A DNA stretch of 64,000 bases from Candidatus Lambdaproteobacteria bacterium RIFOXYD2_FULL_56_26 (GCA_001783715.1 MFNF01000061.1:6722-70721), one strand, 5' to 3'. Positions 19,667 to 30,919 are shown, numbered from the stretch's first letter. Notes: generated from the sequence alone by a model not told the origin. A program made the numbers and translations.

Positions 19667-21241
19667 ATGTCGATTCGTGCAAAACTGATCCTTTTAACGA
19701 TCACCTCCTTGTTTGGGGTGGTTTGTCTGCCTGCGATCGGCCTTTGGCAAATGGGCAAGGTTTATGAAGAAGCCAACTTTTGTAATGTCAACTCTATCCC
19801 GGCGATCCGGTTCTTGACCGAAGCGACCAACTCCTACATGAGCTATCGCCTGCGGGTCTGGGAGCACATCAACACCAAGGATGAGGGGGAGTTACAGCGA
19901 ACCGTTGCCGAGATGGGAGAGCTGAAAAAACATGTTTATGACTCCTTGGACGGCTACAAAAGCACCATCGTGGACAAAGAGGACCAAGAACTCTTGGAAG
20001 ACGAGATGGCAGCCTTTGGTGCCATCATCACGATGATGGACAAGGTGATGGAGTTGGACCGAGCCGGGAAAGATGAAGAAGCGATAGCCATGCTGCTCAA
20101 AAACCTAGACCAGCTCAAAGAGGTGGCGGCAAAGTTCAAGAAGCACCAGGACTACAACCAAACCCTGGCCAAGCAGCAATCGGAAGAGGCAGCGGCGGCA
20201 AAGCAGTTTGCTACCTATGAAATGTTGGTGATCTCCTTGATCATCGGCGTGATCAGTCTGGTCATTGGTCTGGTGACCTCCAAAACCATCAGTAGCTCGA
20301 TCAGCCGGTTGATGGGCCACATCCTGGCGGTTGAAAAAACCAAGCACTTGAAGGCGGAACCCAAAGTTGAAGGGAAAGACGAGATTGGCCAGATCGGTGC
20401 GGCGTTCAACAACTTTGTGTTGGAAATCAAAAAGGTGATCCAGGAGTTCGCCAAGGGAGCCTCCATCTTGGCCTCCGCCTCCACCGAACTGAGCGCCTCG
20501 ACCGTACAAATCAGCAAGACTGCCGAAGAACTGCGGGACAACGCCGAAAGCTCCGCCGCCGCCGCCCAGGAAACCAGCAGCAACCTGCAGCAGATGTCCG
20601 AAGCGGTCAACCGGATCAACATCCAGATCGGGGAGATCCAAAAGGCCGGGAACCAAGCCACCCAACTGGCCAGCACCGGCACCCAAGCGGTCCACGAAGC
20701 CAGAGACTCCATGACCGCTATCACCGAGTCCTCCAAGAAGATCGTGGGGATCACCCGGGTGATCGAGGAAATCGCCAGCCAAACCAACTTGCTTTCCCTG
20801 AACGCTGCCATTGAAGCCGCCAAGGCCGGGGAGTTCGGCAAAGGGTTTGCGGTGGTCGCCGAAGAGGTGCGTAACTTGGCCGACCGGAGTACCAAGGCAG
20901 TGGCCGAGATCAAGCAGTTGATCGAAAAAAGTGAGCATGATGTCCATGCCGGGAACCAAGTGGTGCTGCGCACCAGCGAGGCCTTGGACCAGATCATCAC
21001 CGCCGTGCAAACCATGGCCCAAGGGATCAACCAAAACGCTAGGGACATCGCCGAGCAGGATGCCAGCACCAAGGAGGCCAGCTTGGCAGTCGAGGACATC
21101 GCCAAAACCTCCGAAGGAAACGCCAGCGCCATCACCCAGTTGGCCGCCACCTCCACCCAGGTCAGCGAAACCGCCAACGACCTCAGCCGCACTGCCGAGT
21201 CGCTCAACGACGAAGTGCAGAAGTTCCGGTTGGACGCTTAA
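19667..21241 (+). CDS. methyl-accepting chemotaxis protein (4HB sensor-TM-HAMP-MCP signalling domain)
   Basis: Two TM segments flank an N-terminal periplasmic helical domain; conserved MCP signalling hairpin ([34 protein letters not shown]). Confidence 0.9.
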   Translation: MSIRAKLILLTITSLFGVVCLPAIGLWQMGKVYEEANFCNVNSIPAIRFLTEATNSYMSYRLRVWEHINTKDEGELQRTVAEMGELKKHVYDSLDGYKSTIVDKEDQELLEDEMAAFGAIITMMDKVMELDRAGKDEEAIAMLLKNLDQLKEVAAKFKKHQDYNQTLAKQQSEEAAAAKQFATYEMLVISLIIGVISLVIGLVTSKTISSSISRLMGHILAVEKTKHLKAEPKVEGKDEIGQIGAAFNNFVLEIKKVIQEFAKGASILASASTELSASTVQISKTAEELRDNAESSAAAAQETSSNLQQMSEAVNRINIQIGEIQKAGNQATQLASTGTQAVHEARDSMTAITESSKKIVGITRVIEEIASQTNLLSLNAAIEAAKAGEFGKGFAVVAEEVRNLADRSTKAVAEIKQLIEKSEHDVHAGNQVVLRTSEALDQIITAVQTMAQGINQNARDIAEQDASTKEASLAVEDIAKTSEGNASAITQLAATSTQVSETANDLSRTAESLNDEVQKFRLDA

Positions 21242-21495
21242 TAGAGCATTTTTTCCCTGGGACCGGTTGCCGCCGGTTCCGGGGGCTTTTGCCTCCCGCC
21301 GACCGGTCTGCTCCGCTCCTAAGGCCTACCCTCGAAGATTCCAAGCTTCTCCTGAAGACCAAACCAGAGTTTTAGCCCCAACCGCCACACCGGTTCACCT
21401 AGGTTACACAAAAACAATCTTGCCCTTCAACGGTTCCCAGTGATAGGCAGGAAGTGGCGTAAGACATTCCCGCACCTTTTCGCCGGGAATAAACG

Positions 21496-22125
21496 GTGAA
21501 TCCAAACAGGAGAGCGATGAAAAAGCTTTTGTGCCGTTACGGGGGCCTTCTGACCCTGACCTTCCTGGGGCCGACCCCAAACACCTACGCTGGTGCCGAA
21601 GGGGCAATGTTCATCGGCAGCTCGGCCTTTACGTTGGTCACAGCTACCGACACCTCCGACCGGAACCCTGAGTTCCACCAATTCAACCTGGGCCTTCGTT
21701 TGACCCCCAAGGATTCCCTGTCGTTGGAGAAAATCTCTTGGCGGTATTATGCCCCCTTGGGTATTCCCTATGGCAGCGCCAAGTCCAGCAAGGCCGAGGA
21801 ATATCCGGGCTCGGTGAGGTCCGACGGGCTTGGGCTGGCCTACCAACGTTTTTCGGACGGAGGTTTTTATTCCGCCCTGCACGCCCTACCGTTGGACCAG
21901 ACGTTTTTGGACCAAAATGGGAACAAGATCGGCACCGGCAAGCAGTTGTTTCTGACCTTAAGGTTTGGCTATCACTTTGGGAAAAGGTTCTTTTTGGAAC
22001 CTTCCATCGCCTTCACCCATTGGCCGGTCAACGAGGGCTTGCCGGCCTCCTTTCAGGCCAAGGAGGACCAATGGCCTAAGTATTTTTTGTTTGAGCCGGG
22101 GCTGCATTTTGGGGTAAACCTGTAA
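21496..22125 (+). CDS. hypothetical exported protein (possible small outer-membrane beta-barrel)
   Basis: Signal peptide, alternating hydrophobic beta-strand pattern, C-terminal aromatic residue. Confidence 0.35.
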   Translation: MNPNRRAMKKLLCRYGGLLTLTFLGPTPNTYAGAEGAMFIGSSAFTLVTATDTSDRNPEFHQFNLGLRLTPKDSLSLEKISWRYYAPLGIPYGSAKSSKAEEYPGSVRSDGLGLAYQRFSDGGFYSALHALPLDQTFLDQNGNKIGTGKQLFLTLRFGYHFGKRFFLEPSIAFTHWPVNEGLPASFQAKEDQWPKYFLFEPGLHFGVNL

Positions 22126-22188
22126 AGCTTGCCGGTCCAGAGCTTCAACCCAAAAACCCTCCCTAAAACCGGTCCTTAAAACCTTTCC

Positions 22189-23721
22189 CTAGAACTGCAA
22201 CTGCCGGTCCAGGCTCCGGTAGTTGACCGCTTCGGCCAAGTGGGCCAAGCCCAGCTGCTCCGCTTGGGCCAAGTCGGCAATGGTCCGGGCCACCTTGAGG
22301 ATCGAATCGTGGGCCCGCCCGCTGAGCCGCAACCGGTCCAGCGCCGTTTTGAGCAGTTGGTGACCGGCGGGGTCCAGGTGGCAATACCGCTCCACCTCCT
22401 TGTGGCTCATGTTGGCGTTGTACCGGCTCCAAGAACCAAACCGCCGGGCCTGCAACCCACGGGCATCGGCCACCCGTTGGGCAATGGCCAAGCTGGACTC
22501 TCCGGGGTGGGAGAAGTGGATCTCCTCGTAGCTCAAGGCGGGCATCTCAATTTGCAGGTCGATCCGGTCCATCAGGGGCCCACTGATCCGGCCCCGGTAT
22601 TTGAGCACCTGGGAGGCGGAACATTGGCATTGCTTTTTGGAGTCCCCCAAGTACCCGCAGGGGCAAGGGTTCATGGCGGCCACCAGGATAAAGTCGGTCG
22701 GGAAATTCAGGCTCGACTTGGCCCGGCTGATGGTGATGCGCCGGTCCTCCAAGGGCTGGCGGAGCAGGTCGAGGATGTGCCGGGGGTATTCGGGCAGTTC
22801 GTCCAAAAATAACACCCCATGGTGGGCAAGGCTCACTTCTCCGGGCTTTGGGACCGTCCCCCCGCCGATCAACCCTGCTCCCGAAACACTGTGGTGGGGG
22901 CTTTGGAAGGGCCGGACCAACAGTCGGTCTTGCCCTGGGCTCAGGCGACCGGCAATGCCGTGGATCTTGGTGGCCTCAATGGCCTCTTCAAAACTGAACC
23001 CAGGCAGGATGCCGGGCAGGCGCTTGGCCAACATGGATTTCCCCGACCCCGGCGGGCCGGTAAAAAGCAGGTTGTGCTTGCCCGCAGCGGCGATCTCCAA
23101 GGCCCGCTTGGCGGTTTCCTGACCCTTGACATCCGCAAAGTCCAGGTCCCCTGGGGCCAAGGTTTGGTCGAAGCTGCCCGGCAGGGGGCAAACCGGGGCC
23201 AAGGGAGCCAATCCCTTGAGGTGCAGCACCACCTCGCCCAGGTGGGCGGCGGCATAAACCTCAACCCCTTCGACCAAGGCGGCGGAAGCGGCGTTTTCCG
23301 GGGCCACGATCATTTGGGTGATCCCGGCCTTACGGGCCGCCAAGGCCATGGCCAAAACCCCGTTGATCGGCCGCAACCGTCCTTCCAAACTCAACTCGGC
23401 GGCCAACATCCGGCCTCGGCAGGCCCCCTGGGGCAGTTTGTCGGCCGCCTCCAGTACGGCACAAGCAATGGGCAGGTCAAAACCGGTGCCCACTTTGGGC
23501 AGGTCGGCCGGGGCTAGGTTGACGATCACCTTGCGGATCGGGAAGCCTCCGGCCCCGTTGTTCATCGCCGCCGTGATCCGGTCCCGGCTTTCCCGGATCC
23601 CCGAGTCGGGCAGGCCCACGATGGTAAACACCCCCAGGCCGATCGAAACGTCCGCCTCCACCTCCACCACAAAGGCATCTACCCCGAGGATACTGGCGGT
23701 TTGAACGATAGAAGTCGGCAT
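22189..23721 (-). CDS. comM: YifB/ComM family Mg-chelatase-like AAA+ ATPase
   Basis: ~510 aa; N-terminal Lon-like/ChlI domain, Walker A (GPPGSGKS), Walker B, arginine finger and C-terminal ChlI helical domain. Confidence 0.85.
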   Translation of the reverse strand: MPTSIVQTASILGVDAFVVEVEADVSIGLGVFTIVGLPDSGIRESRDRITAAMNNGAGGFPIRKVIVNLAPADLPKVGTGFDLPIACAVLEAADKLPQGACRGRMLAAELSLEGRLRPINGVLAMALAARKAGITQMIVAPENAASAALVEGVEVYAAAHLGEVVLHLKGLAPLAPVCPLPGSFDQTLAPGDLDFADVKGQETAKRALEIAAAGKHNLLFTGPPGSGKSMLAKRLPGILPGFSFEEAIEATKIHGIAGRLSPGQDRLLVRPFQSPHHSVSGAGLIGGGTVPKPGEVSLAHHGVLFLDELPEYPRHILDLLRQPLEDRRITISRAKSSLNFPTDFILVAAMNPCPCGYLGDSKKQCQCSASQVLKYRGRISGPLMDRIDLQIEMPALSYEEIHFSHPGESSLAIAQRVADARGLQARRFGSWSRYNANMSHKEVERYCHLDPAGHQLLKTALDRLRLSGRAHDSILKVARTIADLAQAEQLGLAHLAEAVNYRSLDRQLQF

Positions 23722-23955
23722 GATCTCTCCGGCAATGTTTCTTGTCAGATGCAACTGTTTGTAATCAAATAGCTACAGAAAAATATTTTCCCTTAACCTT
23801 CTTTTTTGTACCCAGATGGTAAACGTTTGTCCACGGTTGAACCGGCAGACGGCCAGAAAACTTCCCCTTGCTCCAGAGCACTCTATTCGCTACTCTGTGG
23901 CTTAAGTACGGCCAAACTGCGGCCCTGGGCAACCTCCTAAACCACCAAGGCAGAC

Positions 23956-24666
23956 ATGCACTTCGACACTCTCCCCTCCATCGACAATCGGATCAAATCT
24001 TGGCTGAACCAAGAACAAAAGAGCGAGGGGCTTGATCCCAGTTCCAAATACCGCTTTACCATCACCCTTTCCCGGCAGTTTGGCTGTGAAGGCTACCCCT
24101 TGGCGGTGGCGCTCAAGGAAGAGCTGGAACGCCGGGACAAAGGGCAGGTTTGGACGATTTTCGACCGGGCCTTGATCGACAAGATCCTGGTGGACAACCA
24201 GATCAGCCGACGGGTGTTGGAAAATTTCGGCTCCAAAAGTGTCTTTTATGACTCCTTGATGTCGAGCATCGTGCCCAACTGGACTTCCGATGCGGATGTT
24301 TATGACCTGATGGTCAAAACCATGATTTCCTTGGCCGAAGAGGGCCGGGCGATTTTTGTGGGCCGTGGGGCGGCGGTGGTCACCCAAGACATGAAACGGA
24401 CCTTTCACTTCCGTCTGGCCGGGGGCCAGGAATACCGGATCCGTTCCCTGATGGACCGGGGCCGCATGAGTCGGGACGAAGTGATCCAGTTGATGGCCGA
24501 AAAGGAACGGGAACGGGAAAAGTTCATCAACCGCTTCCTGGGTGCCGACATCTCTGCGTTGGAACATTACCACTTGGTGCTGAACAACGAAAAAAGCAGC
24601 GTGGACGAAATGGCTTCCACCCTGCTGCACCACATTGAATTGCACATGGCCAACCTGCTCAAGTGA
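23956..24666 (+). CDS. cytidylate-kinase-like (AAA_33/Cytidylate_kin2-like) family protein
   Basis: 236 aa with the nucleotide-kinase-like fold of the standalone cytidylate-kinase-like family (ITLSRQFGCEGYPLAVALKEEL). Confidence 0.5.
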   Translation: MHFDTLPSIDNRIKSWLNQEQKSEGLDPSSKYRFTITLSRQFGCEGYPLAVALKEELERRDKGQVWTIFDRALIDKILVDNQISRRVLENFGSKSVFYDSLMSSIVPNWTSDADVYDLMVKTMISLAEEGRAIFVGRGAAVVTQDMKRTFHFRLAGGQEYRIRSLMDRGRMSRDEVIQLMAEKEREREKFINRFLGADISALEHYHLVLNNEKSSVDEMASTLLHHIELHMANLLK

Positions 24667-24745
24667 TCGATTTGGGCAAACCGGGCCTGGGGGGCCGACC
24701 TTTTTGGTTTTTGGGGCAGGGAACCGGTTTTGCCCGTCAAAAACC

Positions 24746-25561
24746 ATGTCCATTGCTGCAACTATGGCCCATGAACTGACCCCATCGGACTCGTCCATTC
24801 ACTGGGCGGTCTTCAGCCACCCGGCGGTCAAAAACCGCTTGCGGTTCGACTTGACCAGCAACGGGATCGTTGGCTTGGTGGCGGTCATTTCCGATCGGAT
24901 CTTCCACCTCGGGGACCTGAGCGCCGGGGGGTTCTCTTATGTCCAGGAGGTCCCCACCAACCGCTTCGTGAACCTCCAGCAGGTCCGGGAATGGGTGGCC
25001 AAATCCAAAGACAGCATCATCGGCAAGCAGGTCCGGGCCAACTTCCTCTTTGAACACCACCCAGAGCGGGGCGGGGTCAGTCTGGTGGGGGTGATCAAAA
25101 ACTACGCTTTTGTGTTGCTGTTGACCGTGGAGGAAATCGAACGGGAGACCAACCGGTTTTTGTTCCAAAAGGGAATCAAACGCAAACATGACCCCAAAAA
25201 CAGCTTCGGCAAGCTGGACGTAGTGGTCCGCAAGACCCTCTCGGCTAGAGCCCACGGCAAGTTGGAGTTGCCCGCCCAGGTGGGGGCCAATGTCTCGATG
25301 CTCAACCTGTTGATCGAGGCCGATGCTACGGAGGAGGAGTTGTATGATCTTTACAAAGGGCTGAGTTCAAAACGATTGTTCATCAAATATGGGGCCGAAT
25401 TCGGCTCTCCGGGCGAGGCCATGGACCTCTTGGAGTTTGCCAAACCGGGGGCGCTTTACGAGAACCGGCAAAAACCGGACCCCGGCTCCCCGGAGGGTTC
25501 TTCGGACCAGAAGCCACAAGAACCGACCGGGCCGGAAGAACCAAAGGGTGAAAAACCTTGA
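24746..25561 (+). CDS. hypothetical protein
   Basis: 271-aa ORF with a Pro/Glu-rich low-complexity C-terminus; no recognisable motif. Confidence 0.35.
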   Translation: MSIAATMAHELTPSDSSIHWAVFSHPAVKNRLRFDLTSNGIVGLVAVISDRIFHLGDLSAGGFSYVQEVPTNRFVNLQQVREWVAKSKDSIIGKQVRANFLFEHHPERGGVSLVGVIKNYAFVLLLTVEEIERETNRFLFQKGIKRKHDPKNSFGKLDVVVRKTLSARAHGKLELPAQVGANVSMLNLLIEADATEEELYDLYKGLSSKRLFIKYGAEFGSPGEAMDLLEFAKPGALYENRQKPDPGSPEGSSDQKPQEPTGPEEPKGEKP

Positions 25562-25621
25562 CGACCGCACCGTTTCATAGGATGAAACAAGCCAGTCCTT
25601 CTCATTACAGGTACGCCCCCC

Positions 25622-26257
25622 ATGGCTGAAGAAGAAAAATTGGAGACCGAAGACAGCTCGGTAGATAAAAAGCTGGAAGAAGCCCTAGCAGCCAGGGAAA
25701 AGGAAGGTGAAGTCGATGAACGGGTCCAGTTGATCCGTGAGGTGATGGCCAAGGAAACCTTCATCGACCCCTTGAATCCCGAGGAAATCACCAAGGCCTA
25801 TGCGCTTTACGACAAAAACCCCCAGAAAATCATCGATGTACTAGTGGGGGCCTTCCAAAGTTATTGCCGCAAATCGATCCGGGAAGCAGCGCTTTTGAGG
25901 ATCAAAAACCAGGTGGCGGTGATGGCCTTCGAGGAAGCGGAAAAACTGAAAATGCAGGCGGTCGAGGAGCTTTCCAAGAGCATCCAGGCAGACGTGAACC
26001 TGGAGCGGCTTTTGGCGATGCTGATGTTCAAAAACCACTTCTGGACCTGGCTCCGGTACGGCCTCAAGGACATCTTTAATGACCAGCGCCGCCAACCGGG
26101 ACACCCGATCAACAACTACCTGAACATCCGGTTCCATAAGCTCAAAGAGAAAAAGAGCTTCCACACCGTTGCGGACTTGGTTGCCTACGACCTCACCGAG
26201 ATCGTAAACAACTTCAAGACCGAGATCATGCGCCGCAAAGTCCGTATCTTTGACTGA
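25622..26257 (+). CDS. hypothetical protein
   Basis: 211-aa helical, charged ORF; no recognisable motif. Confidence 0.35.
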   Translation: MAEEEKLETEDSSVDKKLEEALAAREKEGEVDERVQLIREVMAKETFIDPLNPEEITKAYALYDKNPQKIIDVLVGAFQSYCRKSIREAALLRIKNQVAVMAFEEAEKLKMQAVEELSKSIQADVNLERLLAMLMFKNHFWTWLRYGLKDIFNDQRRQPGHPINNYLNIRFHKLKEKKSFHTVADLVAYDLTEIVNNFKTEIMRRKVRIFD

Positions 26258-26284
26258 GACCCAGCTCCCCTGCGGCCCTTTTCC

Positions 26285-26701
26285 CTAAAAGGGCTTCAAA
26301 ACCACCAAAAAGACCACTACAATCAACACCACTGTCGGCATTTCGTTGAAAAACCGGTAAAACTTGTGGCTTTTGGTGTTTTTGTCTTCCGCAAACAGCA
26401 CCATGTAGCGGTAGCAGAAGAAGTGGTAAACCACCAGCACAGCCACCAAGCCTAACTTGGCGTGCAGCCAGCCCCCTTCAAAGTTAAAGGCCAACCAGAT
26501 CCAAGACCCGGTCCCCAGGACCAGCACCAAGCTGGGAGTCATGATGTAATGGAACAGTTTGTATTCCATCACCTTAAAGCGGTCCGATCCGATTTGGTCT
26601 TCGGTCATGGCGTGGTAAACAAACAACCGGGGGAGATAAAACAGACCGGCAAACCAGGTGATCACCGTGATGATGTGCAACGCTTTGATGATTTCGTACA
26701 T
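26285..26701 (-). CDS. hemJ: protoporphyrinogen IX oxidase HemJ (UPF0093/CopD-like membrane protein)
   Basis: ~139 aa, four TM helices, conserved N-terminal block (ALHIITVITWFAGLFYLPRLFVYH) typical of HemJ. Confidence 0.7.
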   Translation of the reverse strand: MYEIIKALHIITVITWFAGLFYLPRLFVYHAMTEDQIGSDRFKVMEYKLFHYIMTPSLVLVLGTGSWIWLAFNFEGGWLHAKLGLVAVLVVYHFFCYRYMVLFAEDKNTKSHKFYRFFNEMPTVVLIVVVFLVVLKPF

Positions 26702-26779
26702 GCTTCGACTCGAAAAGGGGGCAAAAAAAAAGGGGAAGAACCACCGGTCCTCCCCCTGACAAGCCATTCCCGTTTGGAA

Positions 26780-27055
26780 TTACTTGTTGACCGACTCACG
26801 CAATTTCTTGCCGGGCCGGAATTTGGCTACTCTTGCCTTGGGGATCTTGATCTTGGCCCCGGTTTTGGGGTTCCGGCCTTCCCTGGATTGGCGACTGGCG
26901 GTGGTAAAGGTCCCGAACCCAACCAGGGTTACGTTTTTGCCTTTTACCAGGGCTTCTTCAATCGATTCCAGTACGGCGTTCAAGACTTTTTCCGTGGCCG
27001 CTTTGGTGGTACCAGCAGCAGCGGCTGCGTCCGCAACCAACTCGGCTTTGGTCAT
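26780..27055 (-). CDS. hup: HU family DNA-binding protein
   Basis: ~91 aa with the HU signature (GFGTF...R.GRNP.TG..I.IPA...F.PGK). Confidence 0.9.
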   Translation of the reverse strand: MTKAELVADAAAAAGTTKAATEKVLNAVLESIEEALVKGKNVTLVGFGTFTTASRQSREGRNPKTGAKIKIPKARVAKFRPGKKLRESVNK

Positions 27056-27209
27056 GTTGTCGCTCATTGATCCGTTCTCCTTGATGTCAAATAATGAATG
27101 GGGGGGGATGCTCAAAGGTTGCAGAGCAATCTTTAACAAAACCTCCCTAAAAAGCAACAAGGTTTTTAGCGGCTCCGCAACTTTTTTGCCTCGCCAAAGC
27201 CCACCAACG

Positions 27210-28505
27210 CTAGAATAAGTCCTTCAGGTGGATGGTTTCCTCCCGTTTGGGACCGGTTGAAATCAAGGTCAGGTCCACCTGCAACAGCTCTGAAATCCTT
27301 GCCAAATAAGCTTTTGCATTGTCCGGCAGTTGGTCGAAATGGGTAACCCCCTTGGTGGAGGCCTGCCAGCCCGGCAATTCTTCATAAACCGGGATCAATT
27401 TTTCCTGCAAAGAAAGCCGGTGGGGGAAATAATCAAAGGTTCCGCCCTTGGGATCCTGGTAATGGGTGCAGATTTTTAAGATCGGCAGGCCGTCGAGCAC
27501 GTCCATCTTGGTGATTCCCAGGTCGGTGATGCCGTTGATCCTGACCGAATCCTTGAGCAAGCAGGCATCAAACCAGCCGCAACGTCTTGCCCGGCCCGTA
27601 GTGGCACCAAATTCCGCCCCCACGCTGGAGAGGTGTTTGCCCACCTCGTCGGTCAGTTCGGTGGGGAAGGGGCCGGAGCCGACCCTGGTGGTGTAAGCCT
27701 TGACCACACCCAAGACCCGGTCGATCCGGTTGGGAGCGATCCCCGAACCGGTGCAAGCCCCGCCGGAGGTGGTGTTGCTGCTGGTGACAAAAGGATAGGT
27801 GCCGTGGTCCACGTCCAGGAACGTCCCCTGGGCACCTTCAAACAGAACGTTGACCCCGGACTTGATCTCCCGGTCCACCAAACGGCCGGTGTCGGCGATG
27901 TAGGGCCGAATCTTTTCCATCTGCAACATCAATTCTTCAAAGACTTGGTCCGGGTCCAGGAAGGGACCTTCAAATTCCAAGACATGTTTGAGGTACTTGT
28001 TTTTGTCTTTGACCAACCGGTCCAGCTTGGACTTGAACCGAGAATCGTTGTCGATCTCCACAAACCGAATCCCTTCCCGGCTGGCCTTGTCCTCATAGGC
28101 GGGGCCGATGCCCCTGCTGGTGGTACCGATCTTGTCCTTCCCGGCCCGGGTCTCCCTCGCCTTGTCGATCATCAGGTGGTAAGGCATGATCAGGTTGGCT
28201 ACATCGCTGATAAAAAGGCGGTCTCCCATGGAAACACCCAGTTTTTCCAGCTCGGCGATTTCCTGCAACAACGCCTGGGGATGGATCACCATGCCGTTGC
28301 CCAAAACGCAGCGAACCTTCGGTTGCAGAATCCCCGAGGGGATCAGGTGCAAGATGAAGGTTTTGTCGGAAAACTTAACCGTATGGCCCGCATTGTTGCC
28401 TCCCTGGTACCGGACCACGACTCCGGCCCGTTCGGCCAGCAGGTCCACCAGTTTGCCCTTGCCTTCATCTCCCCACTGGGAGCCGATCACAATCACGTTG
28501 GCCAT
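27210..28505 (-). CDS. purA: adenylosuccinate synthetase
   Basis: P-loop QWGDEGKGK, GGNNAGHT and other PurA motifs; start at MANVIVIGSQ. Confidence 0.95.
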   Translation of the reverse strand: MANVIVIGSQWGDEGKGKLVDLLAERAGVVVRYQGGNNAGHTVKFSDKTFILHLIPSGILQPKVRCVLGNGMVIHPQALLQEIAELEKLGVSMGDRLFISDVANLIMPYHLMIDKARETRAGKDKIGTTSRGIGPAYEDKASREGIRFVEIDNDSRFKSKLDRLVKDKNKYLKHVLEFEGPFLDPDQVFEELMLQMEKIRPYIADTGRLVDREIKSGVNVLFEGAQGTFLDVDHGTYPFVTSSNTTSGGACTGSGIAPNRIDRVLGVVKAYTTRVGSGPFPTELTDEVGKHLSSVGAEFGATTGRARRCGWFDACLLKDSVRINGITDLGITKMDVLDGLPILKICTHYQDPKGGTFDYFPHRLSLQEKLIPVYEELPGWQASTKGVTHFDQLPDNAKAYLARISELLQVDLTLISTGPKREETIHLKDLF

Positions 28506-28562
28506 AACAAATGCCTCTTTCTTTGGGGTTTTGGGCCGCCCCATTGGCGGAATTCCAAGGTC

Positions 28563-29171
28563 TCAAATGGTTTTGCGGACCACTCGACCAGCTAGCAACG
28601 CTACTCTACCCCTAGCCACCTCGTCCAGTGCCAAGGGGAAGATTCGGTGTTCTTCAACCAAGATGCGGGCGGCCAGGGTTTGAGCGGTGTCATCGGGCAA
28701 AACCGGTACCACCGCCTGTTCGATGATCGCCCCCGAGTCCACCCCTTCGTCCACAAAGATCACCGAACAGCCCGAATAGCGGACCCCATAATCGATCGCC
28801 TTTTGGTGGGTTTGGAGCCCGGTAAAAGCGGGCAACAAGGAGGGGTGGATGTTGACCAACTTCCCTGCCCAAGTGCGGACGAACCAAGGGGACAAAAGCC
28901 GCATAAACCCGGCCAGGGCGACCAGCTCAATCCCCTGTTCTCGCAGCGTCTGGTCCAAGACCCGGTCAAAGCTTTCCTTGTCCGCAAAGTCCTTGTGAGA
29001 GAGGACCTGGGTCTTGAGTCCGGCAGCTTGGGCTTTTTGCAGACCCGCCACCCCGGCAATGTTGCTGACCACCAGTTTAAGGTCATAAGCGGCATTCCCG
29101 GACCGCCAATGGTCGATGAGGGCCTGGAGGTTGGTGCCAGTGCCGGAGATAAAAACGGCGGTCGGGGTCAT
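28563..29171 (-). CDS. purN: phosphoribosylglycinamide formyltransferase
   Basis: 202 aa with a formyl-transferase domain ([28 protein letters not shown]). Confidence 0.9.
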   Translation of the reverse strand: MTPTAVFISGTGTNLQALIDHWRSGNAAYDLKLVVSNIAGVAGLQKAQAAGLKTQVLSHKDFADKESFDRVLDQTLREQGIELVALAGFMRLLSPWFVRTWAGKLVNIHPSLLPAFTGLQTHQKAIDYGVRYSGCSVIFVDEGVDSGAIIEQAVVPVLPDDTAQTLAARILVEEHRIFPLALDEVARGRVALLAGRVVRKTI

Positions 29172-30919
29172 TGGTTTTCGGGACTCGAAGCGATGACCTT
29201 TTGTTCCATCGACAACCGGTACTCAAAGTGAACCGCCTTGAGGGCCGGGTATTTGATCGAAAGGATTTGCAGAGCCAAGACGGCAGCATTGTCCCCCCGG
29301 TCGATACCCACTGTGGCCACCGGGATTCCCGGCGGCATTTGGACTATGGCCAACAAAGCGTCCTGGCCGTTCAAAGCGCTGCCCGAAACGGGCACGCCGA
29401 TCACTGGCAGCCCGGTCTCCGAAGCCACCACACCGGGCAGGTGGGCGGCCATCCCGGCAATGGCGATCAACACCTCCACCCCTTGGGCGGTCCAACGTTC
29501 GATGGTCTGCCGGGTCCGTTCCGGGGTCCGGTGGGCCGAGGAAACGATCACCTCGTAACCGATGGAAAATTCGTCCAACAGGTCGGTACCCTTTTTGGCT
29601 ATCTTGAGGTCCGAGGCACTGCCCAGGATGATCCCCACCTTGGTCCCTAGGGGAACCCCCTTTTTGAGCCCCTTGAGGCCGATGTCCCGGCGTTTTTGCA
29701 TCCCCGGCCAGTGGATCTTGGCGGCCCCTTGGTAGGCCTTTTTGAGTGCCCCTTCCAGGTCCTCGCCCAGGGCGGTGACCCCCAAGACCCTGCCGCCGTT
29801 GGTACGAAAACGGTTGCCTTCCTTGAGGGTTCCGGCGTGGAAGACTTGCAGCTCCGGCCCCTCTCCTACCTCTTCAAGCCCTTGGATGTAATGTCCTTTT
29901 TTGTAGTCCCCCGGATACCCGGCGGAGGCCAACACGATACAAGCGGCCGCTTGGTCCTTCCATTTTGGTTGGTAGCCCTTGAGCCGCCCTTGGGCCACCC
30001 GCAAGCCCAGTTCCACCAAGTCCCCGTCAAAAAGCATCATCAAAGGCTGGCATTCCGGGTCCCCGAAGCGGATGTTGTACTCCACCACGCTTGGGCGACC
30101 TTGGTCGATCATCAGGCCGATGTACAAGACCCCTTTGTAGGGGTTCCCTTCGGCGGCCATGCCCTGGAGGGTCGGCTCCACCACCTGAGCCAGGACCAAG
30201 GCCTTGACGGCCTCGTCCACCACCGGAGCGGGGGCATAACAACCCATCCCGCCGGTATTGGGACCCAGGTCCAGTTCAAAAATTCGTTTGTGGTCTTGCA
30301 GGCTGGGCAGGCAGACATAATCCTGGCCGTCGGAAAAAATAAAAAAGCTGGCTTCCTCACCGGGCAAAAAGGCTTCGATCACCAGGGTCTTCCCGGCGGG
30401 GCCAAATTTCCCGCCCAACATCTCGGCCACGGCGGCTTCGGCTTCAGGCAGGGTTTGGGCGATGACCACCCCTTTGCCTGCCGCTAGCCCGCTGGCTTTG
30501 ATCACAAAAGGTGGCTTTTGGGTGGAAAGGAAAGACTGGGCTTGGGCCAAGGTGGTACATTCGAGGTAAGCGGCAGTGGGGATTTGGTTGCGGGCCATAA
30601 AGGCCTTGGCAAAGGCTTTGCTCCCTTCGAGCCTCGCCGCTTTGGCGCTGGGGCCAACCACGGCGATGCCTGCCGCCTCCAGTTGGTCGGTCAACCCTTG
30701 GACCAGATAGTCCTCCTGGCCGATAAACACCAGTCCGACCCCCATTTCCTGGGCCTTTTTGACGATCTCCTTGGGCTCGGTCAGGCCCCAGCAGGGGGCC
30801 AGGGCCTCAATCCCGCCGTTGCCGGGGGTCACGTAGAGCGCTTCCAATTGGGGACTTTTTTGTAAGGCATAGGCCAGGGCATGCTCCCGGCCCCCAGCCC
30901 CAACTACCAGAACCTTCAT
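29168..30919 (-). CDS. fused phosphoribosylamine-glycine ligase (PurD) / N5-CAIR mutase (PurE)
   Basis: 583 aa; N-terminal ~420 aa form the PurD ATP-grasp ([16 protein letters not shown]...); C-terminal ~160 aa form PurE ([11 protein letters not shown]...SSAHRTP...GIPVATV); 4-nt overlap with purN. Confidence 0.85.
   Translation of the reverse strand: MKVLVVGAGGREHALAYALQKSPQLEALYVTPGNGGIEALAPCWGLTEPKEIVKKAQEMGVGLVFIGQEDYLVQGLTDQLEAAGIAVVGPSAKAARLEGSKAFAKAFMARNQIPTAAYLECTTLAQAQSFLSTQKPPFVIKASGLAAGKGVVIAQTLPEAEAAVAEMLGGKFGPAGKTLVIEAFLPGEEASFFIFSDGQDYVCLPSLQDHKRIFELDLGPNTGGMGCYAPAPVVDEAVKALVLAQVVEPTLQGMAAEGNPYKGVLYIGLMIDQGRPSVVEYNIRFGDPECQPLMMLFDGDLVELGLRVAQGRLKGYQPKWKDQAAACIVLASAGYPGDYKKGHYIQGLEEVGEGPELQVFHAGTLKEGNRFRTNGGRVLGVTALGEDLEGALKKAYQGAAKIHWPGMQKRRDIGLKGLKKGVPLGTKVGIILGSASDLKIAKKGTDLLDEFSIGYEVIVSSAHRTPERTRQTIERWTAQGVEVLIAIAGMAAHLPGVVASETGLPVIGVPVSGSALNGQDALLAIVQMPPGIPVATVGIDRGDNAAVLALQILSIKYPALKAVHFEYRLSMEQKVIASSPENQ

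Noticed and set aside
20105-21207. Two ~310-330-aa minus-strand ORFs inside the MCP gene
   Set aside because: The + strand carries the highly conserved MCP signalling domain; the antisense ORFs are artefacts.
21250-21300. Possible terminator hairpin after the MCP gene (ggaccggttgccgccggttcc)
   Set aside because: The stem is imperfect, its loop is only ~5 nt, and the following T-tract is weak (gggggcttttgcc), so it is too ambiguous to call.
27633-28595. 320-aa + strand ORF overlapping purA
   Set aside because: purA on the minus strand is unambiguous (P-loop and GGNNAGHT motifs); this is an artefact.
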